From positions 1 through 44,707 of IMG/VR virus record IMGVR_UViG_3300046719_000020: 44,707 bases of DNA, one strand, 5' to 3'. Both the position numbers and the translations under genes were made by a program. Under the pieces are notes generated by a model. It was not told the DNA's origin and searched no databases. It saw nothing but the letters and a program-made list of their open reading frames with translations. This DNA is from a virus (taxonomy: Duplodnaviria; Caudoviricetes). This document shows positions 35,900 to 44,094 of the stretch, piece after piece (the first letter of the stretch is position 1; every line of letters begins with the position of its first letter).

Positions 35900-36065
35900 G
35901 TCGTTTAAAATCTCCCCGATGACCGTTGCCAAAGATGTTAACCGATTAGTTTCGGCCTCGGGGAGATAAAGATTTGCCTGTCTTTCCAGGCTGTCATGCT
36001 GTAGTTTGTATAGTAACCGAATCAGCAACCCTCATTCGGCCCACTGGGTTTTATCTTTGAATGGG
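35900..36065 (-). ncRNA. candidate structured cis-RNA (multiple hairpins)
   Basis: 10-bp stem 35910-19/35958-67; TGACA-GCCTG-GAAAGA-CAGGC hairpin 35976-96; stem 36017-22/36034-39. Confidence 0.4.
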
Positions 36066-36299
36066 CTATTTCTTTAGGAATTCTTTGAACTGATTCATGT
36101 AATCAATTGCGTTCCTTTGAGCATATCCTGGATCATGATTTCTTTGCGTTGTATGAAACCATGTCAAAAACGCCTTCGCGTACTCTTCGGCGTATTCATC
36201 ACGCTTTTTAAGCATCTCTTTTGTGGTGTCTCTGGAGCCATTTTGATAGCCCCTATCATACTCCATTTCAAGTGCTATCTCGTCATCTGTTTTTTCCAT
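36066..36299 (-). CDS. hypothetical protein
   Basis: Charged helical ORF. Confidence 0.65.
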   Translation of the reverse strand: MEKTDDEIALEMEYDRGYQNGSRDTTKEMLKKRDEYAEEYAKAFLTWFHTTQRNHDPGYAQRNAIDYMNQFKEFLKK

Positions 36300-36367
36300 A
36301 GTCTTTCAGTTAAAGCCGAGCACCCCATTCAAGATGCCCGGCTAACAAACCACTCCTACTACCAATT

Positions 36368-36548
36368 AAAAAAAGATATAGGAACTATGATCGATGTTAG
36401 TCAGCACCCCGAAAGGGACAGTCGTTATTTTCATCGATTTTATTGGCTCATCCTACCTTACCGGTTGTTTACCTGACTTGTCTTACAGATAGGCTTGTTC
36501 ATGAACCATTCTACTCGGCCTGTACCCATTTCAGGGCTATATCTTTTT
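36368..36548 (-). ncRNA. candidate ~180-nt multi-stem structured RNA
   Basis: 12-bp closing inverted repeat 36370-81/36537-48 enclosing nested stems that need G-U pairs on the minus strand. Confidence 0.5.
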
Positions 36549-36551
36549 ACC

Positions 36552-36842
36552 TTAACCATTATCTCCGGCGTCTCCGGAAAGTCTTTCGTTTGCGATGCTT
36601 TGAAAGATCTCCCTGTAGGTGATCTCCGTTGCGCCGTGTGCTTTGTCGTGATGGAGTCGGCACAAGGCTATCAGGTTATCCGGGGCATCGCGTTCCTTTT
36701 TCCTTTTGCTGCCGAACTTTGACCGACTTACGATATGGTGCACATCAATGGCCCTTTGATTGCATTCCGGCATCTCGCATTTTATGAAGCTGCTTTCATC
36801 GTAGCCAAAGGCTTTAAAAAAGTTGCGAATGTGCGATTGCAT
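36552..36842 (-). CDS. HNH endonuclease-like protein
   Basis: CEMPEC..DVHHI..NLIALCRLHHDKAH. Confidence 0.85.
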   Translation of the reverse strand: MQSHIRNFFKAFGYDESSFIKCEMPECNQRAIDVHHIVSRSKFGSKRKKERDAPDNLIALCRLHHDKAHGATEITYREIFQSIANERLSGDAGDNG

Positions 36843-36872
36843 TTTATTTGCTATTGGATGGGCGCGTCTTGA

Positions 36873-37073
36873 TCATACCTTTAACCACATCTTTACAAAC
36901 TTCATAATGATAATGTAAAGCATATTTGCCATCCACCCACATAGGATAGCCCAAAGGATCAGCGGTGCTTTTTCCTGAGGAGCAAAATTGACCGCTGCGA
37001 AGATGGCTAATGCAATAGATGCCAGGCACAGCAACAATTCAAGAAAATGAAATAGAATTACCTTTTCTTTCAT
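36873..37073 (-). CDS. 2-TM membrane protein
   Basis: Two hydrophobic segments; ATGA-coupled to Arc-like gene. Confidence 0.65.
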   Translation of the reverse strand: MKEKVILFHFLELLLCLASIALAIFAAVNFAPQEKAPLILWAILCGWMANMLYIIIMKFVKMWLKV

Positions 37074-37216
37074 AGATATTTTTCTTCTATAGAATATTCC
37101 AATTCCGAGTTAATTGATCTCTTGTTGGCTTCGGCGGACTTCTTCACCGCTTCGTAGGCCCGCTTAGGGAGCCTCAGAAGCAGCTTTTTTTCATCTTTCT
37201 TTGCGGTCTTTGCCAT
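37070..37216 (-). CDS. Arc/Mnt-family ribbon-helix-helix repressor
   Basis: MAKTAKKDEKKLLLRLPKRAYEAVKKSAEANKRSINSELEYSIEEKYL*; LRLP and NxRSxNSE signature; not in track. Confidence 0.85.
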   Translation of the reverse strand: MAKTAKKDEKKLLLRLPKRAYEAVKKSAEANKRSINSELEYSIEEKYL

Positions 37217-37236
37217 TCGTTATTGTTTTGACAATC

Positions 37237-37335
37237 CAAAGGTATAAAAATGTGATATTAAAAAACAACTAAAATGATATAAATATTTTATTTTAAAAAA
37301 GACTTGACTTTGATATTGATTTGATATTACCTTTG
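37237..37335. promoter_or_regulatory. divergent promoter pair with TGATAT operator-like boxes
   Basis: TACCTTTG on minus (37244-37237) and plus (37328-35), each with TTG 21 nt upstream; TGATAT at 37253, 37275, 37311, 37322, TGATAC at 37334. Confidence 0.8.
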
Positions 37336-37339
37336 ATAC

Positions 37340-37558
37340 ATGATAACAACGAAACAATTAAAAGCAGCAGATTTAAAGGTTGGCGACAGAATGACCGCTT
37401 TCGGTGAAGTTGTCCACATTGCCCCTTCAATCGGTATCGATACTCCGGCCGGTAAATGTGACTTGGCCCTGATCAACGCTAAAGGTAGAGTACGTTGGGC
37501 CACTTGGAATAAGGCTACTCTGATTGCTATAAGAACTGACGAAACCGTAAACGCATAA
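37340..37558 (+). CDS. hypothetical early protein
   Basis: First rightward gene, 4 nt after -7 box; AADLKVGD motif. Confidence 0.75.
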   Translation: MITTKQLKAADLKVGDRMTAFGEVVHIAPSIGIDTPAGKCDLALINAKGRVRWATWNKATLIAIRTDETVNA

Positions 37559-37651
37559 AGCCATGAAAGCCAAATTCAACTACCTCGACCTGATCCTCGC
37601 CCTCCCCAGCTTAGGCGCTTTTATCTACACAGCAATTAACTACGCTACTGT

Positions 37652-37834
37652 ATGAACATAAATCAGAAGATCAATTGCAAGGCGAACTCACTGAAGCTAT
37701 ACAGCTACCAAACGCCAGCCAACATGATCCGCCGTGGCTATCCTTTACCGGGTAGATACTCTCCGGAATACCTCATCCCCAAACAACACCTTGAGTTCAG
37801 GGAGCCGAAAAGAAATCCACTTTTAATAAACTGA
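37652..37834 (+). CDS. hypothetical protein
   Basis: Co-oriented ORF. Confidence 0.5.
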   Translation: MNINQKINCKANSLKLYSYQTPANMIRRGYPLPGRYSPEYLIPKQHLEFREPKRNPLLIN

Positions 37835-37836
37835 TT

Positions 37837-38160
37837 ATGCCATACGACCCTTTCGAATCCGAGGTGAACTACCCTCCTCATCAAAAATCAAGGGAACCAA
37901 AATACAAAACAATTTTCTTTTTCGGTGAACTACAAGACGATCTAGAAGATTGGTATTCATATTATTTTCACGGCAACTATTATGAACACGAGGGCATGAT
38001 TAGATTTGTTGAGGCGTATGTATCGCCTGCTGATCTTAGTGATCTACGACTCCCTATAATTCCGGATGAAGAACTTCAAAACATCCTTCGATTCGACATC
38101 CGCGAAGAGCTAAACACCGACTATTCAATCATCTTCGAAACTAAAATAGAACTGAAATGA
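37837..38160 (+). CDS. hypothetical acidic protein
   Basis: Co-oriented, coupled ORF. Confidence 0.7.
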   Translation: MPYDPFESEVNYPPHQKSREPKYKTIFFFGELQDDLEDWYSYYFHGNYYEHEGMIRFVEAYVSPADLSDLRLPIIPDEELQNILRFDIREELNTDYSIIFETKIELK

Positions 38161-38399
38161 ATCCGGCAATTAAAAAGGGGAATAGGGCAATCGCGAAGTT
38201 CATGGACGAAAACATCTTTGTGGATACTCCCAATTACTACGAACAATGGGAGCACCTTATGAGGGCTGTGGATCGCATTTCCCAATTCACAATTGCTTAT
38301 CCAGAAGCGAAATGGGTATGTGATTGCAAGATCGTGGTAATCCGAAAATACTTGTGGCGAGAGGTGGTCCGATTTTGTGAATTTATAAATAACGAATAG
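38157..38399 (+). CDS. hypothetical protein
   Basis: NRAIAKFM..W..LM.AVD.I pattern; coupled. Confidence 0.7.
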   Translation: MNPAIKKGNRAIAKFMDENIFVDTPNYYEQWEHLMRAVDRISQFTIAYPEAKWVCDCKIVVIRKYLWREVVRFCEFINNE

Positions 38400-38401
38400 C
38401 C

Positions 38402-38578
38402 ATGGAGAACCTGACACTCGAACACCTAAGGATAATTAACGATTGCCTGGCCGCAAGTAAATACCGTTACGAGACTGACAAGCCGTACGCTGACCTTTGC
38501 GACTACCTGGATATTATCCCTATAATTATTCAGGCTATCACCGACAAAGAGTTCGAGGATAAAAGACTAAAATTTTAA
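38402..38578 (+). CDS. hypothetical protein (58 aa)
   Basis: MENLTLEHLRIINDCLAASKYRYETD..; fills the gap; not in track. Confidence 0.6.
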   Translation: MENLTLEHLRIINDCLAASKYRYETDKPYADLCDYLDIIPIIIQAITDKEFEDKRLKF

Positions 38579-38580
38579 TC

Positions 38581-39291
38581 ATGACCAAAGACATTCAAAA
38601 CACTTCCGAGAAAATGGAGCCTATGCAACTCATCGTTCAGGCAATGGACAAAGGGCTATCCATAGAAACAATGGAGAAACTTTTTGCCATGCAGGAACGG
38701 TGGGAAGCGAAGCGATCCGAAAAGGCTTTCTTCGAAGCGATCACCGAATTTCAAATCAACTGCCCGGACCTTCGCAAAACGAAGAAGGTCAGCTTTGGAC
38801 AAACGAATTACAGCTTCGCGCCGCTATCGGACATTGACCGGCAGATTCGCCAACTCCTGCATGATTGCGGCATTTCGAAACGCTGGGAAATTCAGGACAA
38901 CGGTGAAAAGATCAAGGTTACCTGCATCATCACCCACATTGACGGGCACTCGGAAAGAACGAGCATGGAATCTATCGCCGACTTGTCAGGGTCCAAGAAC
39001 CCAATACAGGCCCGTGGTAGCGCGATCGAGTACATGAAGCGCTATACCCTCATAGCAGCTTTGGGCATCACCACGGCCGATTCTGACATCGATGGAAGGC
39101 TTCCGGAATTGGACGTTGACAAGCTCCACAAGCAATACATGGACATCTTCAATCAGATAATTGTTATCGATCCGTCTATGCGTGCGGCGATGGACCCCGA
39201 TTCGTGGGCAGAAAGAACCGCAGCTATTTATGCAAAGGCTGTCAATCGGGCCCGTGAAATTCTTATCCAAAAAACAAAAGGAACGGTATGA
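38581..39291 (+). CDS. erf: ERF-family single-strand annealing protein
   Basis: HIDGH, QARGSAIEYMKRYTLIAALGI..DSDIDG. Confidence 0.9.
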   Translation: MTKDIQNTSEKMEPMQLIVQAMDKGLSIETMEKLFAMQERWEAKRSEKAFFEAITEFQINCPDLRKTKKVSFGQTNYSFAPLSDIDRQIRQLLHDCGISKRWEIQDNGEKIKVTCIITHIDGHSERTSMESIADLSGSKNPIQARGSAIEYMKRYTLIAALGITTADSDIDGRLPELDVDKLHKQYMDIFNQIIVIDPSMRAAMDPDSWAERTAAIYAKAVNRAREILIQKTKGTV

Positions 39292-40049
39292 ACGACGCAC
39301 TAGACTTCTTCCGCGACCTGAACGATCCGGATGCCATCCAAAAGCACATCCGCCAAGGCTCCGAGGCTTGGGACCAAATCCGGTGCGGCCGCTTCACATC
39401 GAGCGAAATGCACAAACTCCTTGCCCCAACAAAAAGGGATATGACAGAAGAAGAGCTAAAGAAGCGCCCGAAGAAAGGCCCGGGATCAGCCGTGAAATAC
39501 GTCTACAGTGATGAGGGGTTAAGCGATACCGCCTTGACATACATCAAACAGAAGGTCGCCGAAGCGCTCACAGGACACATCAAATCGGCCCCATACGCCC
39601 ATGCTTTGGGATACGGAATTGAACTTGAGGCCGAAGCCGTGGAATGGTTCATGAAGATCACCGGGTTTCAGTGCGAGGAAATTGGATTCTGTGTTTACAC
39701 AGATCACGCCGGGGGTAGTCCGGACCGAGACATACCGGAACAAGATGCCATCCTGGAGATTAAATGCCCTTTCCATTCCGAGAATCAAGTTGATTATTTG
39801 CTTCTCACGGATCACTATGACCTCAAGCGGATGCACCCCGAATACTACTGGCAAATCCAGTCCAACATCCTATTCGCCAACCGTAAAAAAGGATGGTTCG
39901 CCAGCTTTGACCCTCGATTCAAAGACGATAAATTGAAAATGAATCCGATTGAAGTGCCCGCCATCGTAGCCGATCAGGACCTTATCCTGAAAAAGATACC
40001 GCTAGCGGTTAAAGAAAAGCTTCAACTCATTCAAACCCTATCAGCATGA
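39288..40049 (+). CDS. YqaJ/lambda-exonuclease family
   Basis: QGSEAW..R.G.FTSS, G.ELE..A, GSPD, LEIKCP, YYWQIQ. Confidence 0.92.
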   Translation: MNDALDFFRDLNDPDAIQKHIRQGSEAWDQIRCGRFTSSEMHKLLAPTKRDMTEEELKKRPKKGPGSAVKYVYSDEGLSDTALTYIKQKVAEALTGHIKSAPYAHALGYGIELEAEAVEWFMKITGFQCEEIGFCVYTDHAGGSPDRDIPEQDAILEIKCPFHSENQVDYLLLTDHYDLKRMHPEYYWQIQSNILFANRKKGWFASFDPRFKDDKLKMNPIEVPAIVADQDLILKKIPLAVKEKLQLIQTLSA

Positions 40050-40246
40050 AAACCGAATCCCAAAAATCCGCAATCCGAAACTTCCTTTTAACAGGATGCT
40101 CATTGACGCCTGCGCTAGCCCGTCGTTACTTTTCTTGTGACCGTCTCGCCGCCAGGATACAGAACCTTAGAGATGAGGGGTATAAAATTAAAACAGAGAT
40201 GGTGCACGAAGAAAATGCCCGATACGCTAAATACAGCATAGCATGA
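40046..40246 (+). CDS. winged HTH protein
   Basis: SLTP..A...F...RLAARI..LR..GYKIKT. Confidence 0.8.
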   Translation: MKTESQKSAIRNFLLTGCSLTPALARRYFSCDRLAARIQNLRDEGYKIKTEMVHEENARYAKYSIA

Positions 40247-40536
40247 TAACAAAAGAAATTGCCAAAATGATTTATCTCGCCTACATCGAAATCGAGCAGG
40301 CCGAAAAAATGGTCATCGAATTGAAGGCCGCCCTGAACGAAAAAGGTGAATTCGAGATCAAAGACAATTGGGGTCAAACCAGGGGCCTTGAATTGCACCT
40401 GCCCACGAGCATGTCCGGAGCGACTATAAAGCGCGTGCCTTTTAAACTTGCACTCGATGTGATCGAGAATCACGTGCAGGACCAACATAAGGAACTTGAA
40501 CGATTGAAGGAGGTTTGTAAAATACAACTGAAATGA
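40243..40536 (+). CDS. hypothetical protein
   Basis: Coupled ORF. Confidence 0.7.
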   Translation: MITKEIAKMIYLAYIEIEQAEKMVIELKAALNEKGEFEIKDNWGQTRGLELHLPTSMSGATIKRVPFKLALDVIENHVQDQHKELERLKEVCKIQLK

Positions 40537-40970
40537 TCACAGACAAAGACATCGAAATTGCTGCTCGCAAGGATGAGCCGTACAAACCGGAAGGCCATTA
40601 TCACGGGTTTAGAGATGGCGTTCGTTGGGCCCTCTCCCAACCGCAGAAACCAGTTCTTAATGACGAGATTAGAAGCAAGGCAAAAGACTTTTCTATTCTC
40701 TATGCACATGAGTTTGGTGCACTACATTGCCAAATAGAAGAGGACCTTGTCAAGATTGCCAAATGGGTCCGCGATCATTACGAAAGTCAGTCTGTCTCCC
40801 AACCGCAGTGGATAGATGTTAAAACGAAATGGCCCGATCATAATTCATGGGTAATGGTTTGGTGGCCGGATCGATCGACATCTCCTAAAGTGGCCTTGCA
40901 GCACTATCTCATCGGTAATTCGGTCACATGGACACATTGGCAACCATTACCCGAAGGACCGAAGCCATGA
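40533..40970 (+). CDS. hypothetical protein with DUF551-like C-terminus
   Basis: WIDVKTKWP..THWQPLPEGP. Confidence 0.75.
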   Translation: MITDKDIEIAARKDEPYKPEGHYHGFRDGVRWALSQPQKPVLNDEIRSKAKDFSILYAHEFGALHCQIEEDLVKIAKWVRDHYESQSVSQPQWIDVKTKWPDHNSWVMVWWPDRSTSPKVALQHYLIGNSVTWTHWQPLPEGPKP

Positions 40971-41182
40971 AGCTACCCTATAAACTATCCTACGGCATAA
41001 AGCCAAAGAAGATCATAATAGACCGGAAGCCATTTCAGGTTTACGAAGACAGCGACCTCGATGACGAGATATGCCCCAACCTAATTCATCGATTCGGATT
41101 ATATGTTCTGATCGGGCTGTGCATCGCTGTCGCCGTCGTAACCGTCGGAGTAATTTTAACCGGTAAATTTCTGGAGCTATGA
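40967..41182 (+). CDS. small membrane protein
   Basis: ATGA-coupled start 40967; C-terminal TM. Confidence 0.6.
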   Translation: MKLPYKLSYGIKPKKIIIDRKPFQVYEDSDLDDEICPNLIHRFGLYVLIGLCIAVAVVTVGVILTGKFLEL

Positions 41183-41421
41183 ATGAATGGATAAAAGTTT
41201 CTGATCGCCTTCCTAGTGTGGACGACGGGCAAGCATTACAAGTGATAGCAAACTCACATAGGCCTGAATCCAATGATTTAATAAATGTGGTCGTATGTGC
41301 TGTGTTTTCAGGTGGTAAATTTTACAATTGTGAATATTGGGGTAATGGCGACCCGGATGACAACGAAGAGATTAGGCTGAAATGGGTTTCACACTGGATG
41401 TATCTACCGCCACATCCGTGA
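41179..41421 (+). CDS. DUF551-like protein
   Basis: EWIKVSDRLP..VSHWMYLPPHP. Confidence 0.8.
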   Translation: MNEWIKVSDRLPSVDDGQALQVIANSHRPESNDLINVVVCAVFSGGKFYNCEYWGNGDPDDNEEIRLKWVSHWMYLPPHP

Positions 41422-41512
41422 AATTGACCCACTTCGAAAAGCGCATCCTCTCCATCTTAAAATTTATCGCTGTCACTATAGCGAGTTACTACACTTTCAT
41501 TTATTTTAATAC

Positions 41513-42118
41513 ATGACACAAGCCTTCAATCGTGACTGCATGGAAGCAATGGCAGAATTTGACGACAAGTTTTTTGACTTGGCTATCGTGGACCCTGAAT
41601 TTGGAATTGGTATTGGAAACAGCCCCAGATTGGTGACAGATAAAGGACTCGAGGCTAAGGATTGGGACAACAAGCCAATAGATCCAAAATATTTTGATGC
41701 CTTGTTCAGAGTATCTAAACATCAGATAATTTGGGGCGCAAATTATTATTTCATGCCACCAACAAAACATTGTATAATTTGGGATAAAATGCAACCTGAG
41801 GACTTGAGTTTTGGTATGTTCGATTTCGCATGGACTTCTTTCGATGGGTCAAATAAAATATTTAGAAAGTCTGTTAAGGATGAGCTGAATAGAATCCATC
41901 CTACTCAAAAGCCGATAAAACTTTACCGATGGTTATTAAAAAACTATGCCGAGCCTGGAATGAAAATCATAGACACCCACCTAGGCAGCGGTTCCTCACG
42001 CATTGCAGCGCACGACATGGGATTCGATTTCTGGGGCTATGAACTGGACAAGGATTACTTCGAATCCCAGGAGAAACGATTTAAACAGCATATCAGCCAA
42101 CTAACTTTGAGCTTATGA
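41513..42118 (+). CDS. DNA amino-methyltransferase (N6A/N4C, beta class)
   Basis: DCME, DLAIVDPEFG, IIWGANY, WDK, HPTQKP, DTHLGSGS. Confidence 0.9.
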   Translation: MTQAFNRDCMEAMAEFDDKFFDLAIVDPEFGIGIGNSPRLVTDKGLEAKDWDNKPIDPKYFDALFRVSKHQIIWGANYYFMPPTKHCIIWDKMQPEDLSFGMFDFAWTSFDGSNKIFRKSVKDELNRIHPTQKPIKLYRWLLKNYAEPGMKIIDTHLGSGSSRIAAHDMGFDFWGYELDKDYFESQEKRFKQHISQLTLSL

Positions 42119-42303
42119 AAATTCGCCCCACCCGCGCCGTAGGAGCCAAGGCTCAAAAAGGCGGTTACAGTTTTGACAATGGTTGCGTAGCCTTCGGAAC
42201 GACAGACGAAGTCAGGCAGAAGAACATCAAAAAGAAAAAGGTCGCTCACGAGTTCATGACGAATAAGCGGGCGGAGGAACGGGATAAACGAAATTCAATA
42301 TGA
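42115..42303 (+). CDS. hypothetical basic protein
   Basis: Coupled ORF. Confidence 0.6.
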   Translation: MKIRPTRAVGAKAQKGGYSFDNGCVAFGTTDEVRQKNIKKKKVAHEFMTNKRAEERDKRNSI

Positions 42304-42485
42304 AAAACCCAGGCAAAATAGTGCAGCACGAAGATGGCCGAATAGGCTTCGCTTTCGACAAGGAACAGAAATATGGACTGGGCCTCAGGGTGATGGTTCA
42401 CGTCGTTACGGACGACTTCAAACCAACTGGCGACAAGGTCCTTTGGAGTATTTCAAAGATCAAGCTAATAGGATTTACCGATTAA
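42300..42485 (+). CDS. hypothetical protein
   Basis: Coupled ORF. Confidence 0.65.
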   Translation: MKNPGKIVQHEDGRIGFAFDKEQKYGLGLRVMVHVVTDDFKPTGDKVLWSISKIKLIGFTD

Positions 42486-42506
42486 AATAACTGAACCGGA
42501 ATTGGT

Positions 42507-42869
42507 ATGAGGACGATAAAATTCAGGCAATGGCATGCTGTTCACAAAATGATGTATGACCATAAGACCATCCCAGTGTTGTTAAAAAACGTTGCGGATG
42601 ACAATGTCTACAAGTATATGCAATTCACTGGCCTATTCGATAAGAACGGAAAGGAAATATACGATGGCGACGTCATTCGAACATACATGGGTAACGTCTG
42701 CGAAATACAATGGGGGCATGTCCTGGAAAAAAGAGGCCAAGAAGTTTTCGAATATACTGGATTTTGTTTCCATCACATCAAGCAAGATAAAAACTATCAT
42801 TTAGATGTTACAACATCTTGTGAGATCATCGGTAACATTTATCAGAACCCTGAACTCCTCGAAAAATAA
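42507..42869 (+). CDS. YopX-family protein
   Basis: IKFRQW, MQFTGLFDKNGKEIYDGD, EIIGNIYQNPELL. Confidence 0.9.
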   Translation: MRTIKFRQWHAVHKMMYDHKTIPVLLKNVADDNVYKYMQFTGLFDKNGKEIYDGDVIRTYMGNVCEIQWGHVLEKRGQEVFEYTGFCFHHIKQDKNYHLDVTTSCEIIGNIYQNPELLEK

Positions 42870-42926
42870 AACTCCCCTCTTTGTTGGAGGTTTGAGGGGG
42901 AAAAAGTAATTTAGTGAACATAATTA

Positions 42927-42958
42927 TTCGCAAAGTTATCAGTAGAGAGTTAATTTTG
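42927..42958 (+). promoter_or_regulatory. Bacteroidota-type promoter upstream of replication genes
   Basis: TTCG(42927-30)-N20-TAATTTTG(42951-58). Confidence 0.65.
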
Positions 42959-42996
42959 CGGGTAAGGTTAAAAGGAACTCAAAAACCTTAAACCCC

Positions 42997-43033
42997 AACC
43001 CGGACTTTCTCTACAGTTCGGGTTTTTTATTTT
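42997..43033 (+). terminator. terminator-like hairpin directly before ATG 43034
   Basis: AACCCGGACT-ttctctac-AGTTCGGGTT then TTTTATTTT. Confidence 0.7.
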
Positions 43034-43348
43034 ATGGGATATTACACCTCATACAAATTAGATGTTCTGGAAGGAGACCCGGAACTGATTCAACAATTTA
43101 TAAAATCAGAACGAAGTGCAGAATTTGCCCTTGAGGAGGATGGTACCACCCGGGAGGCCATGAAGTGGTATGACCATGAGGATGACCTTGAGAAATTTTC
43201 TTTGTCTCATCCTGAAGCCTTGTTTTTGCTTTCCGGAGAAGGTGAAGAGACGGGAGACATTTGGAGACTTTATGTTAGGGGCGGAAAATCCTTTCGAACA
43301 AAGGCTGTATTGGAGTTCGGGGAGTTTTCAGAAGACAAGCTTTCCTGA
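43034..43348 (+). CDS. hypothetical phage protein
   Basis: MGYYT..KWYDHE.D...FS..P..LF.L.GEGEE..DIW pattern. Confidence 0.75.
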   Translation: MGYYTSYKLDVLEGDPELIQQFIKSERSAEFALEEDGTTREAMKWYDHEDDLEKFSLSHPEALFLLSGEGEETGDIWRLYVRGGKSFRTKAVLEFGEFSEDKLS

Positions 43349-44094
43349 TGGGCCGTCAGCCATACATGCCGCTTTATGTCGGCGACTACATAAAAGATAC
43401 CCGGGTGCTGCCGCTTAACGTTCGCGGCGCCTGGGTTGATTTAATTCTTTTCATGTGGGACAATCCGGTCCGTGGTGAGTTTATTGGGACCATTGACGAG
43501 GTTGCAAGACTTATAGGTTGCGGTATTGACGAGGCGCGTTTTGCTTTAGATTTGCTTAAGCAAAAAGGGACCGCCGATATTGATTTGCTAACCACAGGTG
43601 AGTACAAAATAGTAAGTAGGCGAATGAAGCGAGACGCCCAAATTTCAAAAATACGCTCAGAAGCAGGTAAAAACGGGGTTGAGGCTAAGAAGGACAAAGG
43701 TTTTGCTCAAGCAAAAGGCCAAGCAAAACAAAAGCAAAACACTGAATATGATAATGAATATGAAAGTGATACTGGTATTAAAATAAAAAAGGAGTCGCTT
43801 TCAAAAAAAGAAATAACCGATGGCCTTTTCACTGATGAACGATTCATCACGGACTTGGGACTAGCCCACAAGGGCAAGGATTTGAAGAAAGCTTTTGAGG
43901 AATGCTACGTACACCACTCAAACGCACCTAATCCTCCGGAGAACATTTGGGAATGGCGACAGAAATTAAACACGTGGCTTTCAATAAAAAAACAAGACAA
44001 TGGGAATAGGATCGGAAATAAAGAAACAATTAGACGCAGCGATGCCGTCGTCGGTGAATTCAAAGGCTTTGGCAAGTGGCCCGGAGAGGTATGA
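43348..44094 (+). CDS. replication initiator (DUF1376/YdaU-like)
   Basis: PYMPLYVGDYIKDT..L...GAW..L; R.EAGK.G; precedes DnaC-like ATPase. Confidence 0.8.
   Translation: MGRQPYMPLYVGDYIKDTRVLPLNVRGAWVDLILFMWDNPVRGEFIGTIDEVARLIGCGIDEARFALDLLKQKGTADIDLLTTGEYKIVSRRMKRDAQISKIRSEAGKNGVEAKKDKGFAQAKGQAKQKQNTEYDNEYESDTGIKIKKESLSKKEITDGLFTDERFITDLGLAHKGKDLKKAFEECYVHHSNAPNPPENIWEWRQKLNTWLSIKKQDNGNRIGNKETIRRSDAVVGEFKGFGKWPGEV
43539..43815. repeat. iteron-like repeats and AT-rich tract; putative replication origin
   Basis: AAGCAAAA at 43709, 43721, 43732; inverted TTTTGCT at 43701 and 43539; palindrome TTTGCTTAAGCAAA 43551-64. Confidence 0.55.

Noticed and set aside
36368-36548. Structured region as tRNA, hammerhead ribozyme or group I intron
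   Set aside because: No cloverleaf/TTCRA loop, no CUGANGA-GAAA core in proper context, and it does not interrupt a gene
36117-36722. Plus-strand ORFs 36117..36476 and 36495..36722
   Set aside because: Antisense to the leftward arm, overlap better-supported genes, no motifs
36844-37029. Alternative-frame minus ORF
   Set aside because: Overlaps 36873..37073, which is translationally coupled to the Arc-like gene
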